Under the pieces are notes generated by a model. It ran no database searches and was not told the origin of the DNA. It worked only from the letters and a program-made list of their open reading frames with translations. Position numbers and translations under genes: made by a program. This document shows, one piece after another, positions 1-9,960 of a stretch of DNA of 64,000 nt. The first letter of the stretch is position 1, and each line of letters starts with the position of its first letter. The stretch comes from Podarcis filfolensis (Eukaryota), in assembly GCA_964270895.1 (NCBI GenBank), contig OZ185450.1. One strand, given 5' to 3'.

Positions 1-213
1 AACCTTCCAGCTCTGGGATTCACACCAGGTGAGAGTTTGCTCTCTGGAGAGAATCCGTTGGAAGGTGTGCATAGCCTGACTTTGGGATGCTCATTTGAGG
101 GCGAGGAGCAGTTGGAGAAAGAGCGAAAGGCACCCTCAAGAAGCAGGGGTGTGTTGGGGAGGCTCAGCTGTTTGCACACACAGCAGGGCCGGAACGGAGA
201 GCACATCACATAC

Positions 214-252
214 CTGCCCAACTGCGTACAAGCAGTCTGCGGGGCTCAGGAC
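214..252 (-). CDS. HMBS: HMBS exon 11 ([13 protein letters not shown])
   Basis: 39 bp, ccag|...cag|gtatgt. Confidence 0.93.
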
Positions 253-3200
253 CTGGAGGGAAGCAGAACGAGGGTTGGTGATGCTTCAGAACAAGGCAGA
301 GCAAAATATTTATTTATTTTAAATTTGTATACAGCCCTATACATCTCAGAGCGTTTCACAAATTCATTCAGTTTATATATCCCGAAGGAATGCAGACATC
401 AGTGAGCATCTCAAGAACTGAGGACACATGGAGGAGAAGCTCCCTGGGCACAATGGGGGGGGGGGGGGACAACATTCATCCCAATCTCTTCTGCCCCACT
501 TACTTGACCAATGCGGCTGTCCCAGCCCATCCGCCTGAGGCCAGCCGCTGCCAGGACAATGGCACTGAAATCCTCCTTCTCATCCAGCTTCTTCAAGCGA
601 GTGTTCAAATTTCCCCTCTACAAGAAGGATTAAGGGAAAACCACAGAGATCCCTGGTTGGGTGGCCCATGGCCTGCACTTCCAGAGCTGGCCACCAGGGA
701 GGGTGTTCTAACACCACAGTCCCTCTCTGCAGGGGAGAAGGCGGCTCAAGACCTTAGCTCCTCTGCCAGGCCTCCAGGCTGCATCTCAGCACAATGCCAG
801 GCTAGGCCCCGATTCAAAGCCAAGCCAGGGATGTGGGGCCTTGAAAAAGTTCATATTCAATATAACAGAAGCTGCATATTCAAAGGAATGGCCACATTCT
901 CCACTAGGAAATTCAACCTCCACAAGGTGTCCTTTTCGCACGTGGTGGCAAGATTTGAGTGCATGGCGAGACGGGGGAGGGGTACAGAGAGGGGGCATCA
1001 CTGTTTGGTTTTTCAAGGGCCAGTCTAAGTCAAGGGGTCATTTTCAAAGGATACAATATCCCTGAATTCCAGGTGAGGGAACTTTCTCTTCAGCTGAGCT
1101 GCCCGGCGAAGTGAGCTGGTCCCGATCACGCTGCCAGAGAGCCAAAAGGAAAATGGCGTCAAAGAAGAGTCTGGACTGGTCAGCCTCACCCGTCTGAGCA
1201 GAGTTAGGAACAGTCCCCCAGACACCTCGGCACAAACACTGTCTACACGGGACCGTGTGCAGCAAAGTGTCAACTCTGGGCAAGAGCGGCTGGCCAAGAC
1301 CTCAGGCAGGGAGGGACCCCTTTCAGCACTGCTACCCAAGAGGGGTTGAAGCTGGGACAAAATGTTAATTTCAGCCCTTCCTGCACACCAGATGGAACCC
1401 AAGGAAGGAACAAGTGGAACTCACCTCTTCTCAGGGAGGCTGTGGAGGCTCTTGCCTGCATGCTTAGGGTGGAAGACGACAGCATCATACGGACTCTCTC
1501 TCCTGCAAGGGACAGATGGGGTTGCCTTTTAGGGAGCAGGTCAGCTGGGCTGTAGCAGCAGCAGTAGCAGCAGCTGCCTCCAAGTTTCTTGCAAAGAGAC
1601 AGCTGGAGGCTCCATGACCTGGACTTTTGTCTGTTCACAGCAAAGGCCACCACTTGGCCTAAGGCAGCGGCCAGTTTAGATGGGTTAAAGAAGTCGTTAC
1701 CCATCTGATGCTCTGGAAGTTAGGTAGTTTGGTGGGCACGCCCACTTCCGCAGGGACCAACAGCTGACATGTGTTAAGGACACCAGCCAGGAATACCAGA
1801 GCAAAACAGCAGCCAGTAGGCTTGGTCTTTATTGAAGAATGTCGCAACAGGACTCCCACCTGCCACAAGGTGGAACAAGATGGAAGCCCTGAACAAAAGA
1901 GCCCCCAAACTTTTATTAGCTGCTAATTCCCATGTTACACCCACCCAAACTACATCACTAATGCATCATGAAAGGGGAGGTCTGATGGCAGTAATCTGAG
2001 CATCCTGGTCCCTGCCCCACGGTTCTCCTTGCCCTCCACCAAAGACCCATCCAGTGTAACAAAAAGATATTTACATTTCCCTGTTTCCCAGCCAAATTAA
2101 TCACACCCTTTTGTCTTCATCTGGGTTTGTTATTTCTGGAATGGCTACCTGTCTGGCACTCAGGTATCAGGATGCGAGGAATTATCACTCAGGCAGACGG
2201 GCTGCTGAGTAGCTGAGCTCACATGTCTACATGCATTTCTGAAGTTTTCCCAGTGAGCCAGTACATAGATACATTTATCAGTGAATTGTTACATTTGGTA
2301 TCATGCAGCAAAGGCCCTTTGAATAGATAGGAAGAAACTGTGATGAAGTGTTTTGTGGGGACAAAATCACAAAAGTGATTGTGCTGATTTTGGTAGTGGG
2401 CTGCATGTGCATGATATCTGCTGGAGGAGCACCCCCCCCCAACCTATACATAAATTCCTGCAACACATAGAAAAGGGAAGGCGGATGCCTGGCCAGGGCA
2501 AACTTTGATGGACCAAGAGCCAGAGCGCTGAGTCAGGCAGAAGGAAGCAGAGGAGCCCAAACTCACTTGCAAATTGCACCGATGGTGAAGCCAAGTGGGA
2601 GGGATGTGGGCAGGTCCTTCAGGGAGTGAACCACCAAGTCAACCCTGGAAGGGAAGAAATGAGCTGGTCAAGGGTTTGCCAACCTTATGGGCCCAGGATG
2701 GGCAGAGAGAGCAATTATGAAGCGTAAGACCTCAGCGCAGATCCCTGCTTGGCTATGAAGCTTTGCTGAGTGGGCCTGGGCATGTCAGCCTCAATGTGGC
2801 CTACTGCTCAGGATTGCTGTGACACAGTTTTAAACATCAGGCCCTGATGCTTCAGGAAAGAGCAGGAAAAACACCAATTTTTTTACAGGAAGCACCAGAG
2901 CTCGCTCTCCCCAGTTATGCGCCAGGACTGGGCTCCCCCTCCCCACAATTGCTGGACTCCCAACCTGCAACGCTGGGTTAGAGGAAACGCTTTCACTCAA
3001 GAGAAGACTTCCTGGCTCTGGAAGAATCCATGCCTACCAGGACGTGGACTCCTGCTCAGAGCTAAAGCACCAGCGCCAAGGGCACCACCAGGCATTGCCT
3101 GCCAAGGAGAGCTTTCTCCCGCACCTCCCAGCCAAAGAGAACTTACTCATTTCTTTCCAGTGCATTTTCCAGTTCCTTCGTAAATAGGCTTTTCTCACCA

Positions 3201-3888
3201 ATCTAAATGGGAAAAGAGCATGTTACAACTTGGGCTGCTTTTTCTATCCACCGCTGGTTGCGTCATGAGCCCAGGGAGCATACGGCTGCTTACCTTGGAC
3301 AGAGCTGTGTCCAGGATCTTGTCACCTGTGGTTGACATGGCAACTATTCAGAGAGAGAGGAAGGAAAGAAGGAAGAGGGAAGATCAGGAAGGATGACAAG
3401 CACCAGTAGGACATGAGCTACAAGAAGGATGAGCAATGTGTGGACTTCCTAGATGCTCACTGCTTTAGTAGGGTAGGATACAAACTGGCGCCAGGAAAAA
3501 ACACCCCTCTTATCCCAGGCCTTTGGCTACTTAAATAATCTATGGCCTTTTAAACTGTGTGGGTGGGGGATATTGTTTATGTTTGCTACTATTTAACGTG
3601 TGGCATAACTGATAATGTGTTGGGAGTAGGACCTGGGAGACCAGGGTTCGAATTCCCACTCAGCCATGAAGCTCACTGGGTATCTCTTAGTCTAACCTAC
3701 CTCACAGGGCTGTTGAGAGGATGAAATGGGGAGGATAACTATGTACAATGCCTTGAGCTCATTGGAAGGGAAAAAAGGCATATAAATGTATTAAATAAAT
3801 AAATAAATGTTATGTATTTTGGGGTTTTACAAGGTAAGCCACTCTGTGAGTCTTGAAGGAATGGTCATATAGAAATTAATTAATTAAT

Positions 3889-3931
<43 letters not shown>

Positions 3932-6900
3932 AAAGCTAGGTGCCACACAAGCCCATCCTCGCCATGCACCAGGTCAGAAAAGCTCAGCACTCTGTCTGTG
4001 CACCTGAGGCTGCTCTCACCCAGCACCTGGATGGAGCTCCTGTGTTGGCTTGCTTTCTCCCCATCCACTACTTGGTCAATACCCAATTCCCAGGCTTCCT
4101 GCCTCACACACTCACCAATCTCAAAGCAGAGGTGAGGGTGGCGCTCCTGCAGCATCTGAACCACGCTGTCCGTTTGGATCCGGGCGAGCTGCAATTTCAG
4201 AGAGAAGGAAGGCAAAGTCAATCAGTGTGCCCTACCTATGACCCAAGAGGCGCAGGCGGCAAGTGTGCCCAACGCACCTGCTGTCAGAGGAAGACATGTG
4301 CGCAGATTCTTGCTCCGATATGCTGTTCCCACAAAAGCCCAGAAGACATGAGACTTCAAGTCCCACTTCCTATGCACTTCACTCTCATCGGTTTTGGGTC
4401 CGGTTCATGTCTGTGATCTGCTCTGCCCCCCTCCCCCCAGCTTTGGGGGCCCACAGCGAAAAAGCCAGACATGAAGAGAGCCAACCTGGCTTGAGCCAGT
4501 CAGAGAATGAAAAGGAAGCAAAGGCAGCAGCGCAGCTGATGTGTGCTCAGCAAACATCCCAGAATGAAGCTCTGCAGAAATACCATTCACTGAAGCCAAG
4601 TGTTGCAGGATTCCAGACAGGCAAAGGGAAGGACTTCTTCACACAGAGCGTAATTAAATTGCAGGGTTTGCTCCCACAAGACATAGAGATGGTCATCAAT
4701 TTCAGGGGACATAAAAAGGGATGAAAGGCTATCAATGGAATATTAGCTACAATGGCTGCGTTCTGCATCCAGCATTGGAGGCTGTGTGCATTTGAATATC
4801 AGTTGCTGAGAATTGCAATAGTGAAAATATTGCTGCTGGACTCAGGTCCTTCTCGTGGGCTCCAAGAGTGGCTGGGGAAACTCAGCCATATGGGCAGGGA
4901 AGGAATGAAGGAATGATGATGATGATGATGATTATGTGGTTGGCCACTGTGAGAACCAGATGCTGGACTAGACGGGTCTTGGACGTGACCCGGCTGCAGG
5001 GCAATTCTTATGTTCTGAGAGAAGGAGTGGAGACCCACTTCTGGCGCCCAGGACAGAGCTTCTAGGGAAAAGGAGATGCCGCCCTGAGGTGCCGCCCCAT
5101 CCTAGGCCCCTGTTCCAAACAGGCTTTCTGGGTTTATTCCTGAACTGCCACCAGCCTCAACAACAGGAGGCAGATGGGAGATTAGCTCTCCACCGCAAGG
5201 GTGGAGCATTATCTTTCTTTACAAGTCTGCCCCTCCCAGTCTTGGCTCTTGGGCGTACTTCTTTGCTCCTGCTAGGGCGGCTCATGGGGAAATCCTTGCA
5301 TCCTCCTGGCAAAAGAAAGGTCAGGGGAATTGATGGTTGCTCAACACCACCAAAGCAATTCAGCTGGAGAAGTATGGATTAATTGCCAGGTGGATACAAA
5401 TGAAAACTTTTAAGATCGTTAAGATCAATGAGCAGCAGCGAAGTAGCACAGCTGACAAACACTTAAGGCAGTATAATGCAAATGACGTAACAGCCTTACA
5501 AACGAAACCCTGTGGCTGCTAGCAAATTACAGCAATAGTAGCAAAGGGACAAAGTATTGAGGAGCAGCACAGAGTGAAATATAATTCAGAAAGATGCACA
5601 TTTGGGAATACAGCTCCTGTGATACTTAGCCCAATATGAACTTGGAATTTGCTATTACTGAATAGTTCCCAGAATAGGTGAGTTCCTGCACAGCAGCCAT
5701 TAAGAGCTGTGGCAGCAGTGGGGGACTCTAAGTCTAAGCTCTGCTTGATACAGAAAACCCAGCAACATCTCTAAGAAAGGACTGTCCAGCCTCTGCCCCC
5801 AGTGAGGCAATACAGGAAACTGCATTATCCCAAGACAAACCATTGCTCCCTCTAGCTCAGTTCGGTCAGCACTGACAGGCAGCCATTCTTCCAGGGTTTC
5901 AGGCAGGGAGTCTTCTTTCACAGCCCTACCTGGAGATGCCGGGGATTGAACCACAAGGGCTCCACCACTGAGATCTGTCCCTTCCCAAGGGAGAGTCCAC
6001 CATGGTTTCGGTGTCAGGACTGCTCTCGCCTTTAAGAAGTCTCTCCAAATGCTCATCTGAGTTCTCCCCTCCTGGGATATAAGCCCCTAGGATCTAGTCC
6101 TATCCTCTGGCACAACAGAGGATAGTTCTTCGTCCTTTTCTTAAGGCATTTTTATATATTGCTATTATCCACCCCTATAACTCAGGCCTTTAAGAATACA
6201 CTTCGTTCTATGACTTGCTCTCTTCAGCACCAGCCGTCTTTCCCTGCCTTCCTCTGTTCCAACCTGGTTACTAGGAAAGCAACAGAAAATGCCCTGTTGT
6301 CCCAGTGCAAATCCATTCACTGGTCAATGCACAGTCCTGTTTGTACGAACACTTTGCAAGAAGCAGACCCAGGAAAAGCAGCAGGCAAGCAAGAGAACGG
6401 TAATGACAAGAACCTCACCTGGCTTTTCCTTGTTCCCACGCGGATAGTCTCTTTCTTCAAGCCATTCTTCTCCTGTGAAGAAATGTCTCCAATTACTCCA
6501 AAGAGGGAGGGTTATTATGGTGGCATTTCCACAATCTCCCCGCAAAACCCTACATCAAGAGGAAGCTTGCACCAGCCAAGCCTTTCCTTGCAAAGGGGCT
6601 GCCAAGCAGGGTGGGACAGTTAAGCCATGGAAGTGGACACAGAAGGCATCCCAGGAAGCCCCACACTGGAACTTACCTGGGCAGACACCTTCTGCAATGT
6701 TCGCTACATTAAAAGGAACAGCCCTAAAGGATAGCTGAGCAATGTGCAATTAGATACCCATCCCTCTTGCCTGCCTCCCTTGTGTCAGATCTAAAATTCT
6801 ACGCTTCTCTGGGCAGGGGCCCGCCTTTCCCTTTGTTGTGCTGTAAAGCACCATAACATCATTGGCACAACCACAAACAACTATTACTAATGTCGTTTTT

Positions 6901-9583
6901 ATTGCCTGACCTGACCAGCCCTAGCCCAGCAACCCTTGACAGGCTTCAGGGCAAAGAACACATGTGTCAAAGACCTGAAAGAAGCGGAGGTTATTCAGTA
7001 GCACAACTGGCCCCAAGGGGCAGTCATCTGCTTCCCAAGAGTCCCCCAAAGACCAGGCTGTGCAACGCAGGTAAGCAGCACATGGAACGAGCAAGGGCCC
7101 TGCAGGTAAAGGTGCCTGCAGAGCCATACAGGGCACAGGACAAGATAGCACTGAGACAAACATTATCAGTTAAGGGCCTATCGAGTCCTAATTGCAGATA
7201 GAAGTATTCCTCAGTAGGGTCTGTCTCTTGCGGTAAAGTTTCATCCCTAAATATGTCATAACACACACAGCTGAAAAGAGAGATTGTGTATGTATGAGTG
7301 TGGGTAAGAGAGGCAGGGAGAGAAGTATGAAGTCCTGGACAATAACCCAGGGCCAGAAAATCTTCAGACCTGTCAAAATGGCTCTTAAGATTTGGAAATA
7401 TTTCCCCAGACCTGCAAAGAGACCTGGAGAGACATACGCCTCTTACCTGACTGTCCTGCGGCACCACCTTTGCCATCTCAACAGAGGTTTGCAACCCAGG
7501 ACCCAGTGAAGAGAAGAAAGATGTCTTTGCTAGAGGGGAGAGGAAGACCTGCTGCCCTGCTCTGTCAGCGTCTAATCAAGGGAGTCTCTCCTTGCAAACT
7601 AGCCCCAACCTGGCAGCAGAGATAAGGCAGAGAAGGGGAAAGGGCGTTCAAGGGGGGTGGGGAGAAGGAAGGAACTGAGCCTGGAGGGAACTGCAGCTGC
7701 AGGGGCTGCTTTCAAGGAACTGTCCGGGTTTTGCACAGAAAGAAATTGTTCTGGGAAAGACAGGCAGCAGAAGACAATCTCCCAGAGCAAAGCAATTGAC
7801 AAAGGGGCCATTTGCACAAGTGAACAAGGGACATTTCAACCACTTATTTGCAATATAGGGCAGGGGGAGGGTGGCGGCGCAGATGGGGAGATACAATCAA
7901 ACTGCATGGCAAACAACTATAATCTCAATGGATCAGAATGCAGGAAGCGATCATCCTGAGAACCTCCTTGCTTCCACCCATGGTGGCCAGGGCTATCTGT
8001 GCCATCCACAAAGTTCTGCAGCAAGGAAGTGCACAAGCTGGGCTGATATTTGCTTTCTAGGACATCTCCCAAGAGAATGCGGCTCTTCTTAGGGTGGTGG
8101 CTGTGGAAAGGAGTACATAAAGACAAGAAATGGGATGCAGCGAGATAGGGCAAAACACAGGAAAGGGGCACAGGTGGGCAGTAGAGCTAAAAATGGGCAG
8201 TAGATATCAATAGTTCATAGGAGAGATTGGTAGTCACAAGGTACTGAAGCCCCATGTGTGACTTCTGGAAGTCAACCCCAAATCATCAGTTCCCTTCAGT
8301 CTTCATCAAACATAGCCATGAGCACTAGCTGCTTAGCTTTAGGGAAGAAAAAGAGAGATACCATCAGGGTGCTGAAAGCAGCAGTTTCTGTGTTTGTAGG
8401 GCAATTATGCAGCCAAGGGGAACAGAAAGAGGTGCTTAGTGTGAAGAGAGAAGAGAATTTGTTTGAATCTGGGACTGAAAACACAGAAATAGGCAAGCTG
8501 TGTAGGTGTCCACCATACAGTATCACCCAAAAGGCTCAGGCCCAACAGCCCAAAATCCAGGCAAAGTCTCAGGTTTGGAAGCTAATATAACAGTCTCCCC
8601 ATGGGAAGGCTATGGGATGTATTCCCAGCAGAACTTTGAAAGGGTAAGTGAAAGTGTGATTGTGCACGCAGAAACTAGAAAAACAGCTTGATGAAGCACC
8701 CTATAGCAGAGGGGAATGCAAGAGGGCACCTGAAAGCAGCAAACCCACACTTCTCTTCGCCGCCACCGCACTCTGGCTCACCTTGGCTGCCAGTAGAATG
8801 TGCCTGGAGGTATCTGTACAGTGTACTACCTAACAGGGCAAAGGTGTGTCCTACCAAGCCACCCTTCGGATTAGGCAAGAGTGCCTTGCCACACAGAGGC
8901 AGAGCTCAAGTTGCACAACGTTGTGCAAGAAACAAGAGGCATCTGATTTTGGCAGGAGCACATTCTAGAAATGCAACCTGCCTCCCTTGACCGGCAAAGG
9001 GCAAAATAGCCCTGGGAGAAACACCAGCCTCTCCCAATGTTTCTCTGCAGATATAAAGCGGATTACAGGGATACTAACATGAAACACTTTGGGCACTCGA
9101 ATGAGGCCAATGCCCTGTTGTTGTTCTTGCTACTGCTGTTATCATAAACAAAATTGTGTGTGTGTGTGTATATAAATCGAGTTTCATAAAAATCAAACTA
9201 GCACTACCATTTAACAACTATATTCCCCCTTCCTAAGGAAAGTAGCACTGGAGGACACACAGGTGTAGGAAAAGAGAGATACCACCCAAGTAAGTCGGGG
9301 GGTGGGGAGGAGTAGCAGATAGGCAGCCATGGTCGGAGACAACCCCCGTCCCCAAGCCCATCAGCGGGGGCTGAACTCATTTGCATCTCATTAAAGACCC
9401 CCGCCACGCACGTGAGGTCACCACCATGCACAGAGGTCACCTCGCGACGTCCTCCGCCATTGGCTGAGCCCCGGGAAGCCCCGCCCCTCCGACCCCTCTC
9501 TCCCTCCCCCTCCCCAAAGCGAGCGAAGAGCCGGTCAAGGCAGCGGCGGAGAGGCTCACCAAGGCGGGCGGCGAGCTGGTCAT
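214..9583 (-). CDS. HMBS: Hydroxymethylbilane synthase (porphobilinogen deaminase), 5'-part; downstream exons lie before the window start
   Basis: Exons (human numbering, minus): e1 9560-9583, e3 6419-6472, e4 4116-4188, e5 3294-3343, e6 3147-3202, e7 2567-2644, e8 1425-1502, e9 1055-1130, e10 504-617, e11 214-252. The 642 nt join in frame and encode [39 protein letters not shown] and RGNLNTRL. Confidence 0.97.
504..617 (-). CDS. HMBS: HMBS exon 10 ([13 protein letters not shown]...RIGQ)
   Basis: 114 bp, tgtag|...caa|gtaagt. Confidence 0.96.
618..1054 (-). other. U12-type (minor spliceosome) GT-AG intron of HMBS
   Basis: 5' splice site GTATCCTTT (1054-1046); branch-point-like TTCCCTTAAT (638-629) about 12 nt upstream of the AG. 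Confidence 0.85.
1055..1130 (-). CDS. HMBS: HMBS exon 9 ([25 protein letters not shown])
   Basis: 76 bp, cag|...att|gtatcc. Confidence 0.96.
1425..1502 (-). CDS. HMBS: HMBS exon 8 ([25 protein letters not shown])
   Basis: 78 bp, gcag|...ag|gtgagt. Confidence 0.95.
1772..2465 (-). mobile_element. Solo-LTR-like element in HMBS intron 7
   Basis: TGTT...AACA termini; flanks catg/cata (imperfect 4-bp TSD); minus-strand AATAAAAG (1917-1910) followed by AATAAA (1833-1828). Confidence 0.55.
2567..2644 (-). CDS. HMBS: HMBS exon 7 ([26 protein letters not shown])
   Basis: 78 bp, ccag|...aa|gtgagt. Confidence 0.96.
3147..3202 (-). CDS. HMBS: HMBS exon 6 ([18 protein letters not shown])
   Basis: 56 bp, ttag|...ga|gtaagt. 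Confidence 0.96.
3294..3343 (-). CDS. HMBS: HMBS exon 5 ([16 protein letters not shown])
   Basis: 50 bp, atag|...aag|gtaagc. Confidence 0.96.
3615..3810 (+). mobile_element. tRNA-derived squamate SINE (Squam3-like, L2-type tail)
   Basis: B-box GGTTCGAATTCC; body ctcagccatgaagctcactggg...acctacctcacagggctgttgagagg; ends in (taaa)n. Confidence 0.65.
3890..3930. repeat. (AAT)n microsatellite
   Basis: About 13 uninterrupted units; produces the poly-Tyr tail of ORF 3889..4221. Confidence 0.95.
4116..4188 (-). CDS. HMBS: HMBS exon 4 ([24 protein letters not shown])
   Basis: 73 bp, gcag|...g|gtgagt. Confidence 0.96.
4560..5020 (+). mobile_element. Degraded CR1 LINE 3' end
   Basis: Translates to [29 protein letters not shown] (CR1 ORF2 C-terminus-like); ttcttatgttct tail. 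Confidence 0.65.
5805..5972 (-). mobile_element. tRNA-derived SINE, same family as 48381-48573
   Basis: Reverse complement contains ggttcaatccccggcatctccaggtagggctg...cctgaaaccctggaagaatggctgcctgtcagtg. Confidence 0.65.
6419..6472 (-). CDS. HMBS: HMBS exon 3 ([18 protein letters not shown])
   Basis: 54 bp, acag|...cag|gtgagg; contains no Met codon. Confidence 0.95.
7447..7476 (-). CDS. HMBS: Candidate alternative (erythroid?) HMBS first coding exon, [10 protein letters not shown]
   Basis: gagATGG Kozak context, 10 codons, phase-0 donor CAG|GTAAGA, in frame with exon 3; AGATAA at 7620-7625 and CACCC box at 7652-7662 upstream. Confidence 0.45.
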
Positions 9584-9960
9584 GCCGCTGGTGGCGCCGA
9601 GCAGCGAAGGGGGCCGGCAGGCAGGCGGGGCGAGGGCTGGAGGGGGTCCCGCTCTGGGTCAACTAGGCGCTGCCGGTTCCATCGCCACTCCGCGGAGCCA
9701 CGCATGCGCCTCCCCGTCCCGGACGTCACTTCCGGCTTCCTGTTCCTCCCACAGGCGGCTTTCCATGAATGGGAGGTGGCTCCCGATGCCCTTTATACCG
9801 TAATTACCGTCGACGCGGCGCACGCCCTTTTCGGAAACGTGAAGCTGGGGGCGCCGCTGGATTGCCTCGCGTTCCGGTCCTTGCAGTGAGGCGCTGTGGA
9901 CGCAGCACGTGGCTCCGGCCGAATATTTTACGGGCAGTGGAGCGTCTTCTGCCCGAATAC
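9250..9960 (-). promoter_or_regulatory. HMBS housekeeping CpG-island promoter
   Basis: CpG-rich; CGCATGCGC (NRF1-like, 9701-9709), GACGTCA and CACTTCCGG (CRE-like/ETS, 9722-9735), CACGTG at 9409 and 9906. Confidence 0.8.
9560..9583 (-). CDS. HMBS: HMBS exon 1 coding part (MTSSPPAL)
   Basis: ATG in the CpG island, phase-0 donor ttg|gtgagc. Confidence 0.85.

Noticed and set aside
3889-4221. ORF ending in poly-Tyr
   Set aside because: HMBS exon 4 running into the (AAT)n microsatellite.
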